A DNA stretch of 64,000 nt from Escherichia coli. Its GTDB lineage: Bacteria > Pseudomonadota > Gammaproteobacteria > Enterobacterales > Enterobacteriaceae. Position numbers and translations under genes: made by a program. The stretch lies in NCBI RefSeq assembly GCF_030013595.1, contig NZ_CP122768.1. One strand, 5' to 3'. Below the pieces are notes generated by a model. That model was given only the letters and a program-made list of their open reading frames with translations, had not been told where the DNA came from and ran no database searches. This document shows, piece after piece, positions 11,307 to 21,583 of this stretch; positions within the stretch are counted from its first letter, which is position 1; each line of letters starts with the position of its first letter.

Positions 11307-14300
11307 TTTACGCTCTCCTGTACCTGGTCATTGCCTTCGCCATCTAACCAGTCAATGTTCTTCATCTTACGCACTACAACAAACTCATCGCGGTTAGAAC
11401 CTACGGTGCCGTAGTAGTTAAAGCCGTATGCCAGATGGGCATAGCCGCCGATCATATGCGTCGGTTTCGGCGTGATACGGGTGACCGAGTTATGGATACC
11501 ACCACGCTGTTGGGTAATTTCCGAACCAGGCAGGTTAACGATACGTTCCTGCGCGTGGTACATCATGGTCATCCCTGCCGGAACACGCTGGCTGACAACC
11601 GCACGGGCAGTCAGAGCACCGTTGCGGTTGAAGACTTCAATCCAGTCGTTATCGGCGATACCCAGCTCTTTGGCATCGGCTTCACTCAGCCAGACCACCG
11701 GACCACCGCGACCTAAAGTCAGCATCAGCAGGTTGTCGCTGTAGGTGGAGTGGATACCCCACTTCTGGTGCGGCGTCAGGAAGTTGAGCGCTTTTTCCGG
11801 GTTGCCGTTGGATTTCTGGCCTATCACTTCTTTCACCGAACGGGTGTCGATCGGCGGACGGTAAACCAGCAAGCTTTCACCGAAATCACGCATCCATTGG
11901 TGATCCTGATACAGCTGCTGACGGCCAGAGAGCGTACGCCACGGGATCAGCTCGTGAACGTTGGTGTAACCGGCGTTGTAAGAAACGTGTTCATCTTCAA
12001 GGCCAGACCAGGTCGGGCTGGAGATGATTTTGCGCGGCTGTGCCTGAATATCGCGGAAGCGAATCTTCTCGTCTTCTTTATTCAGCGCCAGATGCGTATG
12101 GTCACGACCGGTAAACTCGCTCAGGGCAGCCCAGGCTTTCACGGCTACCTGACCGTTGGTTTCCGGTGCCAGCGTCAGGATCATCTCTGCCGCATCAATT
12201 GCGGTATTGAGCATCGGCTGACCTTTTGCCGGACCTTCCGCTTTGGTGTAGTTGAGCTTACGCAGCAGATCCATCTCGCTCTGGGTGTTCCAGGCAATCC
12301 CTTTACCGCCGTTACCGATTTTCTCCATCAGCGGGCCGATAGAGGTAAAGCGTTCGTAAGTTGCCGGATAATCGCGCTCTACGACCATAATGTGCGGTGC
12401 AGTTTTACCTGGGATCAGGTCGCATTCGCCTTTTTTCCAGTCTTTCACATCCAGCGGCTGCGCCAGTTCAGCGGCAGAGTCGTGCTGGATAGGCAGCGTG
12501 ACGATGTCAGTTTCTTTACCCAGATGACCAACGCACACTTCGGAGAATTTCTTCGCGATGGCTTTGTAGATTTCCCAGTCGCTTTTCGCTTCCCAGGCCG
12601 GATCGACCGCCGCAGACAGCGGGTGAATAAACGGATGCATATCCGAAGTATTCATGTCGTCTTTTTCGTACCAGGTCGCCGTCGGCAAAATGATGTCGGA
12701 ATAGAGACAGGTGCTCGACAGACGGAAGTCCAGCGTCACCACCAGATCCAGCTTGCCTTCCAGACCGTTGTCCTGCCAGTCCACTTCTTCCGGCTTCACG
12801 CCGCCCTGCTGACCCAGGTCTTTACCCTGGATACCGTGCTCCGTCCCCAGCAGGTACTTGAGCATAAACTCATGACCTTTACCGGAAGAACCGAGCAGGT
12901 TAGAGCGCCAGATGAACAGGTTACGCGGGTGGTTTTTACCGTTTTCTGGTTGTTCTGCCGCAAAACGGATAGAACCCTCTTTCAGGGATTTCACGGTGTA
13001 ATCCACCGGATTCATGCCCGCTTTTTCCGCTTCGCGAGCGATAGTCAGCGGGTTAGTGCCTAACTGCGGCGCAGACGGCAGCCAGCCCATACGTTCTGCA
13101 CGGACGTTAAAGTCGATCAGATGTCCGGTATAACGGGATTTATCCGCCATCGGTGACAGCAACTCTTCCGCCGTGACGGTTTCATAACGCCACTGGCTGG
13201 AGTGGTTATAGAAATAAGAAGTGCTGTTCATGTGACGCGCCGGACGCTGCCAGTCAAGGGCAAACGCCAGCGGCTGCCAGCCGGTTTGCGGACGCAGTTT
13301 TTCCTGACCTACATAGTGCGCCCAGCCGCCCCCGCTCTGACCGACACAGCCGCAGAAAATCAGCATGTTGATCAGACCACGATAGTTCATATCGAGGTGA
13401 TACCAGTGGTTCAGCCCCGCACCGACGATAATCATTGAACGACCGTGGGTTTTATCAGCGTTATCGGCAAATTCACGGGCGATGCGAATAATCTGGCTGC
13501 GAGAAACGCCGGTAATCTGCTCGGCCCAGGCAGGGGTGTAAGCTTTCACATCGTCATAGCTGGTTGCACAATTAACGTCGTTCAGGCCACGTTCCAGACC
13601 GTAGTTTGCCAGCGTCAGATCATAAACGGTGGTCACCAGGGCGGTGCTGCCATCAGCCAGTTGCAGGCGTTTCACCGGCAGTTTGTGCAGCAGCACGTTT
13701 TCCAGTTCCACTTTGTTGAAGTGTTCAGTACCGTCGCCACCAAAGTACGGGAAGCCAACCTCAGCGATCTCATCCTGGCTACCCAGCAGGCTTAGTTGCA
13801 GCTCGGTTTCTTCGCCAGTTTTGCCGTCGCGCTGTTCAAGATTCCATTTGCCCTTCTCGCCCCAGCGGAAGCCGATAGAACCGTTCGGCGCAACCATTTC
13901 GCCATTGGTATTAAAGGCGACAGTTTTCCATTCCGGATTGTTTTCCTGGCCCAGCGCATCCACCAGATCAGCAGCGCGCAGCATACGACCCGCAGCGTAG
14001 TAACCGTCGCGTTCTTCCAGCATCACCAGCATCGGCATGTCGGTGTAGCGACGCACATAGTCGGTGAAATACTGGCTTGGGTTGTCGAGGTGGAATTCAC
14101 GCAGCATTACGTGGCCCATCGCCAGCGCCATTGCCGCATCGGTGCCCTGTTTCGGTGCCAGCCACAGATCGCACAGTTTGGCGATTTCAGCGTAGTCTGG
14201 CGTGACGGCAACAGTTTTGGTGCCTTTGTAACGCACTTCAGTAAAGAAGTGAGCATCCGGGGTACGCGTCTGCGGCACGTTTGAACCCCAGGCGATGATG

Positions 14301-15046
14301 TAGCTGGAGTTGTACCAGTCAGCAGATTCCGGTACGTCAGTCTGCTCGCCCCAGGTTTGCGGAGACGCAGGAGGCAGGTCGCAGTACCAGTCGTAGAAGC
14401 TTAAGCAAGTACCGCCAAGCAGCGAGAGATAGCGCGCACCCGACGCGTAAGAAACCATCGACATTGCCGGAATTGGCGAGAAGCCAGCGACGCGGTCCGG
14501 GCCGTAGTTTTTGATGGTGTAAACGTTAGAGGCGGCGATCAGTTCGTTCACTTCCTGCCAGGAAGAACGAACAAAACCACCGCGTCCACGCGCCTGCTTA
14601 AAGCTTTTCGCTTTATCGGCGTCTTCAATGATAGAAGCCCATGCCTCAACCGGATCGCTATGCAGCGCCTTCGCTTCACGCCACATTTTCATCAGGCGTT
14701 TGCGCATCATTGGGTATTTCAGGCGGTTGGCGCTGTAAAGATACCAGGAGTAGCTGGCACCGCGCGGGCAGCCGCGAGGTTCATGGTTTGGCAGGTCCGG
14801 GCGAGTACGCGGATAGTCAGTCTGCTGGGTTTCCCAGGTCACCAGACCGTTTTTGACGTAGATTTTCCAGCTGCAGGAGCCGGTGCAGTTTACCCCGTGG
14901 GTAGAGCGGACGATTTTGTCATGCTGCCAACGCTGGCGATATCCATCCTCCCAGTCACGGTTGGTATTGAGAAGCTGGCCATGCCCATCGGCAAAGGTTT
15001 CACCCTTCTGTTTGAAGTAGCGAAACCGGTCCAGGAATTTACTCAT
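11303..15046 (-). CDS. narG: Respiratory nitrate reductase alpha subunit (molybdopterin)
   Basis: 1247 aa ORF; N-terminal Fe-S motif HGVNCTGSCSWKIYVKNG, molybdopterin oxidoreductase core; 4-nt overlap with narH. Confidence 0.97.
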   Translation of the reverse strand: MSKFLDRFRYFKQKGETFADGHGQLLNTNRDWEDGYRQRWQHDKIVRSTHGVNCTGSCSWKIYVKNGLVTWETQQTDYPRTRPDLPNHEPRGCPRGASYSWYLYSANRLKYPMMRKRLMKMWREAKALHSDPVEAWASIIEDADKAKSFKQARGRGGFVRSSWQEVNELIAASNVYTIKNYGPDRVAGFSPIPAMSMVSYASGARYLSLLGGTCLSFYDWYCDLPPASPQTWGEQTDVPESADWYNSSYIIAWGSNVPQTRTPDAHFFTEVRYKGTKTVAVTPDYAEIAKLCDLWLAPKQGTDAAMALAMGHVMLREFHLDNPSQYFTDYVRRYTDMPMLVMLEERDGYYAAGRMLRAADLVDALGQENNPEWKTVAFNTNGEMVAPNGSIGFRWGEKGKWNLEQRDGKTGEETELQLSLLGSQDEIAEVGFPYFGGDGTEHFNKVELENVLLHKLPVKRLQLADGSTALVTTVYDLTLANYGLERGLNDVNCATSYDDVKAYTPAWAEQITGVSRSQIIRIAREFADNADKTHGRSMIIVGAGLNHWYHLDMNYRGLINMLIFCGCVGQSGGGWAHYVGQEKLRPQTGWQPLAFALDWQRPARHMNSTSYFYNHSSQWRYETVTAEELLSPMADKSRYTGHLIDFNVRAERMGWLPSAPQLGTNPLTIAREAEKAGMNPVDYTVKSLKEGSIRFAAEQPENGKNHPRNLFIWRSNLLGSSGKGHEFMLKYLLGTEHGIQGKDLGQQGGVKPEEVDWQDNGLEGKLDLVVTLDFRLSSTCLYSDIILPTATWYEKDDMNTSDMHPFIHPLSAAVDPAWEAKSDWEIYKAIAKKFSEVCVGHLGKETDIVTLPIQHDSAAELAQPLDVKDWKKGECDLIPGKTAPHIMVVERDYPATYERFTSIGPLMEKIGNGGKGIAWNTQSEMDLLRKLNYTKAEGPAKGQPMLNTAIDAAEMILTLAPETNGQVAVKAWAALSEFTGRDHTHLALNKEDEKIRFRDIQAQPRKIISSPTWSGLEDEHVSYNAGYTNVHELIPWRTLSGRQQLYQDHQWMRDFGESLLVYRPPIDTRSVKEVIGQKSNGNPEKALNFLTPHQKWGIHSTYSDNLLMLTLGRGGPVVWLSEADAKELGIADNDWIEVFNRNGALTARAVVSQRVPAGMTMMYHAQERIVNLPGSEITQQRGGIHNSVTRITPKPTHMIGGYAHLAYGFNYYGTVGSNRDEFVVVRKMKNIDWLDGEGNDQVQESVK

Positions 15047-15137
15047 CGGTTTTCTCCTGTGGGAGCCTGTCGGCCCTCTGATAAATCGACATTGCTAATG
15101 TTTAAGGGCAAGGTAACGCTCTGAAACAGCGTGAGAA

Positions 15138-15151
15138 TTGATAACGATCAA
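15138..15151. promoter_or_regulatory. FNR binding site in narG promoter
   Basis: Perfect TTGATaacgATCAA palindrome about 92 bp upstream of narG ATG, consistent with a class II (-41.5) FNR site. Confidence 0.75.
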
Positions 15152-15188
15152 GAGTGATGGGGATGAAAAATAAAGTAAATTCCTAAGA

Positions 15189-15195
15189 TACCCCT
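15189..15195. promoter_or_regulatory. NarL heptamer (TACCCCT) upstream of narG
   Basis: Matches TACYYMT NarL consensus; further heptamer-like sequences (aggagta/taccca) near 15280-15310. Confidence 0.4.
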
Positions 15196-15440
15196 TTAGG
15201 ATAATTAACAGCCACCACATAACAGACTGTAAATTAAGACGTTTTATACCTGTAGTTATTTAAACTATTAAGATTTTTATGCAGATGGGTATTAAGGAGT
15301 ATTCCCCATGGGTAACATATTAATGGCTCTTAATGAAATCCGGCGAAATAAGCCACTCACACATAAGTATGTTGTAACTAAACGACAGATAAAAAAAAGC
15401 GCGACACCATGCCGCGCAAAGGATAATCAAATATTAAGAT

Positions 15441-16832
15441 TTATTTTTTAGAATGCCGACCATATACCGCCCAGGTAATCACTACGCAGGCGATATAGAA
15501 AATCAAAAATACTTTCATTGCGCCGACTGGCGAACCCGTTAATGCCAGCGAGCTACCGAACGCTTTCGGGATAAAGAAGCCACCAATCGCGCCAATCGCA
15601 GAGATGAAACCCAGCGCCGCCGCCGTGTCGGTTGCCGCTTCACGCATCGCACGTTCGTCAGAACCCCCTTCTGCTTTCACGCGATCCATTGTCAGTTTAC
15701 GGAAGATCACGGAAATCATCTGGAAAGTGGAACCACTACCCAGCCCAGCTGTCAGGAACAGCGCCAGGAAGACTGCGAAGAACGCCATGAAGCTTCCGCC
15801 CTGCCCGTCAGTCGGTAAGGTCAGGAACAGCAGGCCGCTGAAAATCGCCATCAGAATAAAGTTCACCAGCGTGACACGAGTTCCGCCCAGACGGTCAGAT
15901 AATGCACCACCTGCAGAACGCGCCAGCGCACCAATAAACGGCCCGAAGAAAGCGTATTGCAGAATCTGAACATCCGGGAACTGCGTTTTTGACAGCATCG
16001 CAAAGCCCGCGGAGAAGCCGATGAAGGAGCCGAAGGTTGCCAGATACAGCAGGCTCATAATCCACAGATGACCCCGTTTGAGTACCGGCAACTGCTCCTT
16101 GATGGAGGCTTTCGAGGTAGCAAGATCGTTCATGCCAAACCACGCCGCAATGGTGAAGATGGCAAGGAACGGCACCCATACCCAGGACGCATTCGCCAGA
16201 TACAGCTCACTCCCATCCGGCTGTTTGACACCCTGGCTACCAAATACTGCGAAAATCGACAGTGATACCACCAGCGGAGCAACCAACTGCATGACGCTGA
16301 CGCCCATGTTGCCCAGACCACCATTCAGACCCAGCGCGCCACCCTGCTTCTGTTTCGGAAAGAAGAAGCTGATGTTTGCCATACTGGAAGCGAAGTTCGC
16401 GCCAGCAAAGCCGCACAGCAGAGAGATGATGATGAAGACGCTATAAGGCGTGGAGGTATCCTGCACGGCAAAACCCAGCCAGACGCAAGGAATAATCAGA
16501 ATACCGGTGCTGAACGCCGTCCAGCGACGACCACCGAAGATAGGAACCATAAAGGAGTATGGAACACGTAATAACGCGCCAGAAACCGAAGGCAGCGCAG
16601 TCAACATAAATAGCTGATCTGTCGTAAAATTAAAACCAACTTTTGGTAAGTTCACCGCAACAGCGCTGAACAACATCCATACGCAAAACGCCAGCAGCAG
16701 ACAGGGAACGGAAATCCACAGGTTGCGGCTGGCAATACGTTGACCGCGTTGTTGCCAGAACGCAGGATCTTCCGGTCGCCAATCTGTAATGACAGCTCCA
16801 GTAGCCCTTTCGGGGGCGGATGAGTGACTCAT
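15441..16832 (-). CDS. narK: Nitrate/nitrite transporter (MFS)
   Basis: Polytopic MFS ORF; start chosen at second Met (MSHSSAPERATG) giving 463 aa; ORF track begins two codons earlier at 16838. Confidence 0.92.
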   Translation of the reverse strand: MSHSSAPERATGAVITDWRPEDPAFWQQRGQRIASRNLWISVPCLLLAFCVWMLFSAVAVNLPKVGFNFTTDQLFMLTALPSVSGALLRVPYSFMVPIFGGRRWTAFSTGILIIPCVWLGFAVQDTSTPYSVFIIISLLCGFAGANFASSMANISFFFPKQKQGGALGLNGGLGNMGVSVMQLVAPLVVSLSIFAVFGSQGVKQPDGSELYLANASWVWVPFLAIFTIAAWFGMNDLATSKASIKEQLPVLKRGHLWIMSLLYLATFGSFIGFSAGFAMLSKTQFPDVQILQYAFFGPFIGALARSAGGALSDRLGGTRVTLVNFILMAIFSGLLFLTLPTDGQGGSFMAFFAVFLALFLTAGLGSGSTFQMISVIFRKLTMDRVKAEGGSDERAMREAATDTAAALGFISAIGAIGGFFIPKAFGSSLALTGSPVGAMKVFLIFYIACVVITWAVYGRHSKK

Positions 16833-16891
16833 AGACACCTCTGATACTCGTTTCGATGTCTGCCACCTTAGTGTCTGTAGCTAAAGGCAAT

Positions 16892-16905
16892 TTGATGTAA
16901 ATCAA
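16892..16905. promoter_or_regulatory. Promoter-proximal FNR site of narK
   Basis: TTGATgtaaATCAA perfect FNR palindrome about 60 bp upstream of narK start. Confidence 0.65.
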
Positions 16906-16929
16906 ACGATAAGATAACTTTATCTATCA

Positions 16930-16943
16930 TTGATATTTATCAT
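16930..16943. promoter_or_regulatory. Second (upstream) FNR-like site of narK
   Basis: TTGATatttATCAT, one mismatch to consensus, centre 38 bp from the proximal site (two helical turns apart, as expected for -41.5/-79.5). Confidence 0.5.
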
Positions 16944-17170
16944 TACCCATAGTGAGTACAGTGATTTCATAAAAATTATGAGATTTTTCACGGTGCTGTA
17001 GAATCCCTACCCTTACCGATGTAAAGCGACTAACCACACGGCAAATAAGGAGTAACTCTTTCAGGGTATGGGTATACTTCAGCCAATAGCCGAGAATACT
17101 GCCATTCCAGAATGTATCGTCACATTCATTAAGGTTATTGCTCATTTAAAGCCTGAAGGAAGAGGTTTAC

Positions 17171-18967
17171 ATGCTTAAACGTTGTCTCTCTCCGCTCACC
17201 CTGGTTAATCAGGTTGCGCTTATTGTGTTGCTTTCTACTGCTATTGGACTGGCAGGGATGGCAGTTTCTGGCTGGCTGGTGCAAGGCGTTCAGGGCAGCG
17301 CCCATGCGATCAACAAAGCGGGATCGCTGCGCATGCAAAGTTACCGTCTGTTGGCAGCAGTGCCATTAAGCGAGAAAGACAAGCCCTTAATTAAAGAAAT
17401 GGAACAAACGGCATTTAGCGCCGAGTTAACCCGAGCAGCAGAACGAGACGGACAACTGGCGCAATTACAGGGTTTACAAGATTACTGGCGTAATGAACTG
17501 ATCCCTGCGCTGATGCGTGCACAAAACCGCGAAACGGTGTCAGCGGATGTCAGCCAGTTTGTTGCCGGGCTTGATCAGCTGGTATCTGGTTTTGACCGCA
17601 CCACGGAAATGCGCATTGAGACAGTGGTGCTGGTCCATCGGGTAATGGCGGTATTTATGGCACTTTTACTGGTGTTCACTATTATCTGGTTGCGGGCGCG
17701 ACTGCTACAACCGTGGCGGCAATTGCTGGCAATGGCGAGTGCCGTCAGTCATCGCGATTTTACCCAACGCGCGAACATCAGCGGGCGCAACGAAATGGCG
17801 ATGCTTGGAACTGCGTTGAACAATATGTCTGCAGAACTGGCCGAAAGTTATGCCGTACTTGAGCAGCGGGTTCAGGAGAAAACCGCCGGGCTGGAGCATA
17901 AAAATCAGATCCTCTCTTTTTTATGGCAGGCCAACCGCCGATTGCATTCCCGCGCCCCGCTGTGTGAACGCCTGTCACCTGTACTCAACGGCTTACAGAA
18001 TTTGACCCTGCTACGTGATATTGAACTGCGGGTGTATGACACTGATGATGAAGAGAATCATCAGGAGTTTACCTGCCAGCCAGATATGACTTGTGATGAT
18101 AAAGGCTGCCAGCTCTGCCCGCGCGGCGTATTACCCGTTGGCGATCGCGGCACAACCCTGAAGTGGCGGCTGGCTGACTCTCATACGCAGTACGGTATTT
18201 TGCTGGCGACCCTGCCGCAGGGGCGTCATCTTAGCCATGATCAACAACAACTGGTGGATACCCTGGTTGAACAACTCACCGCCACGCTGGCGTTGGATCG
18301 CCATCAGGAACGTCAGCAACAGTTGATCGTGATGGAAGAGCGTGCCACCATTGCGCGCGAACTGCATGATTCTATTGCCCAATCTCTCTCTTGCATGAAG
18401 ATGCAGGTGAGTTGTTTACAGATGCAGGGCGATGCGCTGCCAGAAAGCAGCCGCGATCTGTTGAGTCAGATCCGTAACGAACTGAATGCATCCTGGGCGC
18501 AGTTGCGTGAATTGCTCACCACATTCCGTTTGCAGCTCACCGAGCCTGGATTACGTCCGGCGCTGGAGGCGAGTTGCGAAGAGTACAGCGCCAAATTTGG
18601 CTTCCCGGTGAAGCTGGATTATCAATTGCCGCCTCGTCTGGTGCCTTCGCATCAGGCAATCCACTTGTTGCAAATTGCCCGTGAGGCATTAAGTAACGCC
18701 CTCAAACATTCGCAAGCGAGTGAGGTCGTGGTGACGGTGGCGCAAAACGATAATCAGGTCAAACTGACCGTCCTGGATAACGGCTGCGGCGTGCCTGAAA
18801 ATGCCATCCGCAGCAATCACTACGGCATGATAATAATGCGCGACCGTGCGCAAAGTTTACGAGGCGATTGCCGCGTCCGCCGTCGTGAATCAGGTGGCAC
18901 CGAAGTGGTTGTCACCTTTATTCCCGAAAAAACTTTCACAGACGTCCAAGGAGATACCCATGAGTAA
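17171..18967 (+). CDS. narX: Nitrate/nitrite sensor histidine kinase
   Basis: 598 aa; two TM segments flanking periplasmic P-box, HAMP, H-box ([18 protein letters not shown]) and HATPase domain. Confidence 0.97.
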
Positions 18968-19610
18968 TCAGGAACCGGCTACTATCCTGCTGATCGACGA
19001 TCACCCGATGCTGCGAACTGGCGTAAAACAGCTTATCAGTATGGCACCAGATATCACCGTGGTTGGCGAAGCGAGTAATGGCGAACAGGGTATTGAACTG
19101 GCGGAATCTCTTGATCCCGATCTGATCCTGTTAGATCTCAATATGCCCGGCATGAATGGTCTGGAAACGCTGGATAAACTGCGCGAAAAGTCCCTCTCCG
19201 GGCGCATTGTGGTATTCAGCGTTTCTAACCATGAAGAAGATGTGGTCACCGCACTGAAACGCGGCGCGGATGGCTATCTGTTAAAAGATATGGAACCGGA
19301 AGATCTGCTGAAAGCATTGCATCAGGCTGCTGCTGGCGAAATGGTATTAAGCGAAGCATTAACGCCTGTTCTGGCCGCCAGCTTGCGCGCTAACCGTGCC
19401 ACTACTGAGCGCGATGTTAACCAGTTAACCCCACGCGAGCGCGATATTCTCAAGCTGATTGCCCAGGGTTTGCCGAACAAGATGATTGCCCGCCGCCTGG
19501 ATATCACCGAAAGCACAGTAAAAGTGCACGTCAAGCACATGCTGAAGAAAATGAAGCTCAAGTCTCGCGTGGAAGCAGCAGTATGGGTGCATCAGGAGCG
19601 CATTTTCTGA
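18960..19610 (+). CDS. narL: Nitrate/nitrite response regulator
   Basis: ATG at 18960 gives 216 aa ([21 protein letters not shown]...), receiver plus LuxR-type HTH; overlaps narX stop by 8 nt; ORF-track start 18846 is an upstream extension. Confidence 0.95.
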
Positions 19611-21041
19611 TTACAGTTCCCAGCGCAGTTCGTCGTTTGACAATGCGTCGAACGGTTCGACAAGCGTTAGCGTGATCTCATTGGAGGAGACACGCTGCCC
19701 CTGGTTATCTTCCACCACTACAGATAATCGCCAGTGATTGCTTGCCCCTTCCCCGTTTTGCCAGTCAGGCATGATCAGCGTCCAGCCCTCCGCGCTGTTG
19801 GCTTGTGCGCCCGACGTCAAACTTAATATCTGCGTATCGCCCTGCCAAATCAGTTGCCGAATACCATAACGACTGCGGATTTGTAATTTCAGCGGCACTG
19901 TTTCGCCTGGTTTAAGATCCCACGGCGGTGTCGCCAGAAACACCGTTAACGTTTTTCGCTGTCGGTACTCAAGAGTCGGTAGATTATTTCGCTGCGGATT
20001 ATCATAGCGACTACCACGTAACGACTGACTTTCGGCAACCTCGCCCGCAGAAAGTTGTTTTTTGAGCGGGACACCAAAGCGGTAGTTAAGATTCAGCCCG
20101 AGGTTATTTTGATTCTCACCACTTTCACCCTGTTTATGCTGGGCCGTCACAGTGACTAAGGGCACAGGGGTGTAATTTAATCCCAGACTCAATGCGACGG
20201 GATTGTGATAACCCGTACCAGAGTTAAACAAATCAACACGATCACCAAAATACTGTTCTACGCTGACACTGGTATTGAGGTGTTGATAAAACGGCATGCG
20301 CATCCGGGCTGTCAGGTCGTACCCGCGCGCCATCCGTTGTTCCTGCGTGGCTGTCTGTTCATGCCATGCAGCAAACGGCTGATAAAAGTTTGCCGATAGT
20401 CGCAAATATTCGCCCCACGCTTCGGCACCGAAGCCCGCTCGCTGAAGATTTTCGTCCAGCAAGTTGTCATAAAAAGTGTTATAACCCACCAGCCAGCTGC
20501 CGCGCGCCCAGCGTTGCCCAACGCCCACATTGCTCACCAGCCCATCATCCTGCTGAGTAAGACCAAGCTGGCTCCAGGTGAGATAACGATCATTATCTTG
20601 TAACGGCACAAACCAGCTTCCACGACTGCCGGTGAAATGTCCTTCGTTATCCACTTTGACGTCAACACTGGCATTTCCCCACGCTGATAGCCAGGACTCT
20701 ACGTGCTGATTAACCTGTTGACTAAGCGCATCGCGGACTTTTCCCAATGCGAAAGCTTTTGCCTGCTCGCCAGTATCCAGCCCGTTATCATTCATACTGG
20801 TTTCGCCGAAATCTTTCACAATTTCAGCAAAGTGTTTTTCCCCATCATGATTTTCAGGTGCCATGCCTAAATCCGGCAGACCATCATTGTTATTATCAAA
20901 GGGATTTGCCGCTTTTTGCTCGAAGGTAGATTGTGCGTTAGCTGTACCGCCTGCCGCCAGCAAGAGTAAATAAAACGGAATAATGCGAGGAACGAAACGG
21001 CTCAAAACGTCGGTAACTTCCGGTAAAAAATGAAAAACCAT
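19611..21041 (-). CDS. ychO: Invasin/intimin-like outer-membrane protein YchO
   Basis: 476 aa ORF with signal-peptide-like hydrophobic stretch and beta-rich invasin-type sequence; precise start uncertain; stop abuts narL stop. Confidence 0.75.
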   Translation of the reverse strand: MVFHFLPEVTDVLSRFVPRIIPFYLLLLAAGGTANAQSTFEQKAANPFDNNNDGLPDLGMAPENHDGEKHFAEIVKDFGETSMNDNGLDTGEQAKAFALGKVRDALSQQVNQHVESWLSAWGNASVDVKVDNEGHFTGSRGSWFVPLQDNDRYLTWSQLGLTQQDDGLVSNVGVGQRWARGSWLVGYNTFYDNLLDENLQRAGFGAEAWGEYLRLSANFYQPFAAWHEQTATQEQRMARGYDLTARMRMPFYQHLNTSVSVEQYFGDRVDLFNSGTGYHNPVALSLGLNYTPVPLVTVTAQHKQGESGENQNNLGLNLNYRFGVPLKKQLSAGEVAESQSLRGSRYDNPQRNNLPTLEYRQRKTLTVFLATPPWDLKPGETVPLKLQIRSRYGIRQLIWQGDTQILSLTSGAQANSAEGWTLIMPDWQNGEGASNHWRLSVVVEDNQGQRVSSNEITLTLVEPFDALSNDELRWEL

Positions 21042-21069
21042 AGCCCTAAAGAATAACGATTACTGGCAA

Positions 21070-21173
<104 letters not shown>

Positions 21174-21190
21174 GAATACAGGAGTAAATA

Positions 21191-21544
21191 ATGCAAAAAA
21201 TCGTGATCGTTGCCAATGGCGCACCTTACGGGAGCGAATACTTGTTTAACAGCTTGCGGCTGGCCATTGCGTTACGAGAGCAGGAGAACAATCTGGATCT
21301 GCGTCTGTTCCTGATGTCTGATGCGGTCACAGCCGGGTTGCGCGGGCAAAAACCAGGGGAAGGCTACAACATTCAGCAAATGCTGGAGATCCTTACCGCT
21401 CAGAATGTACCGGTGAAATTGTGCAAAACCTGTACCGACGGGCGCGGGATTAGCACACTTCCTCTGATTGATGGGGTGGAAATCGGTACTCTTGTGGAAC
21501 TGGCGCAATGGACGCTGTCAGCCGATAAAGTGCTCACATTTTAA
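21191..21544 (+). CDS. ychN: DsrE/DsrF-like family protein YchN
   Basis: 117 aa ORF MQKIVIVANGAPYGSE..., good SD (aggag) upstream. Confidence 0.92.
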   Translation: MQKIVIVANGAPYGSEYLFNSLRLAIALREQENNLDLRLFLMSDAVTAGLRGQKPGEGYNIQQMLEILTAQNVPVKLCKTCTDGRGISTLPLIDGVEIGTLVELAQWTLSADKVLTF

Positions 21545-21583
21545 TGTTTGAGGGGGCGTCTGACGCCCCACTATGAGGGAAGT

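Noticed and set aside
11750-13063. 437-aa plus-strand ORF (and several shorter ones to 15124) antisense to narG
   Set aside because: Shadow ORFs inside narG; no recognisable motifs; narG identity is unambiguous.
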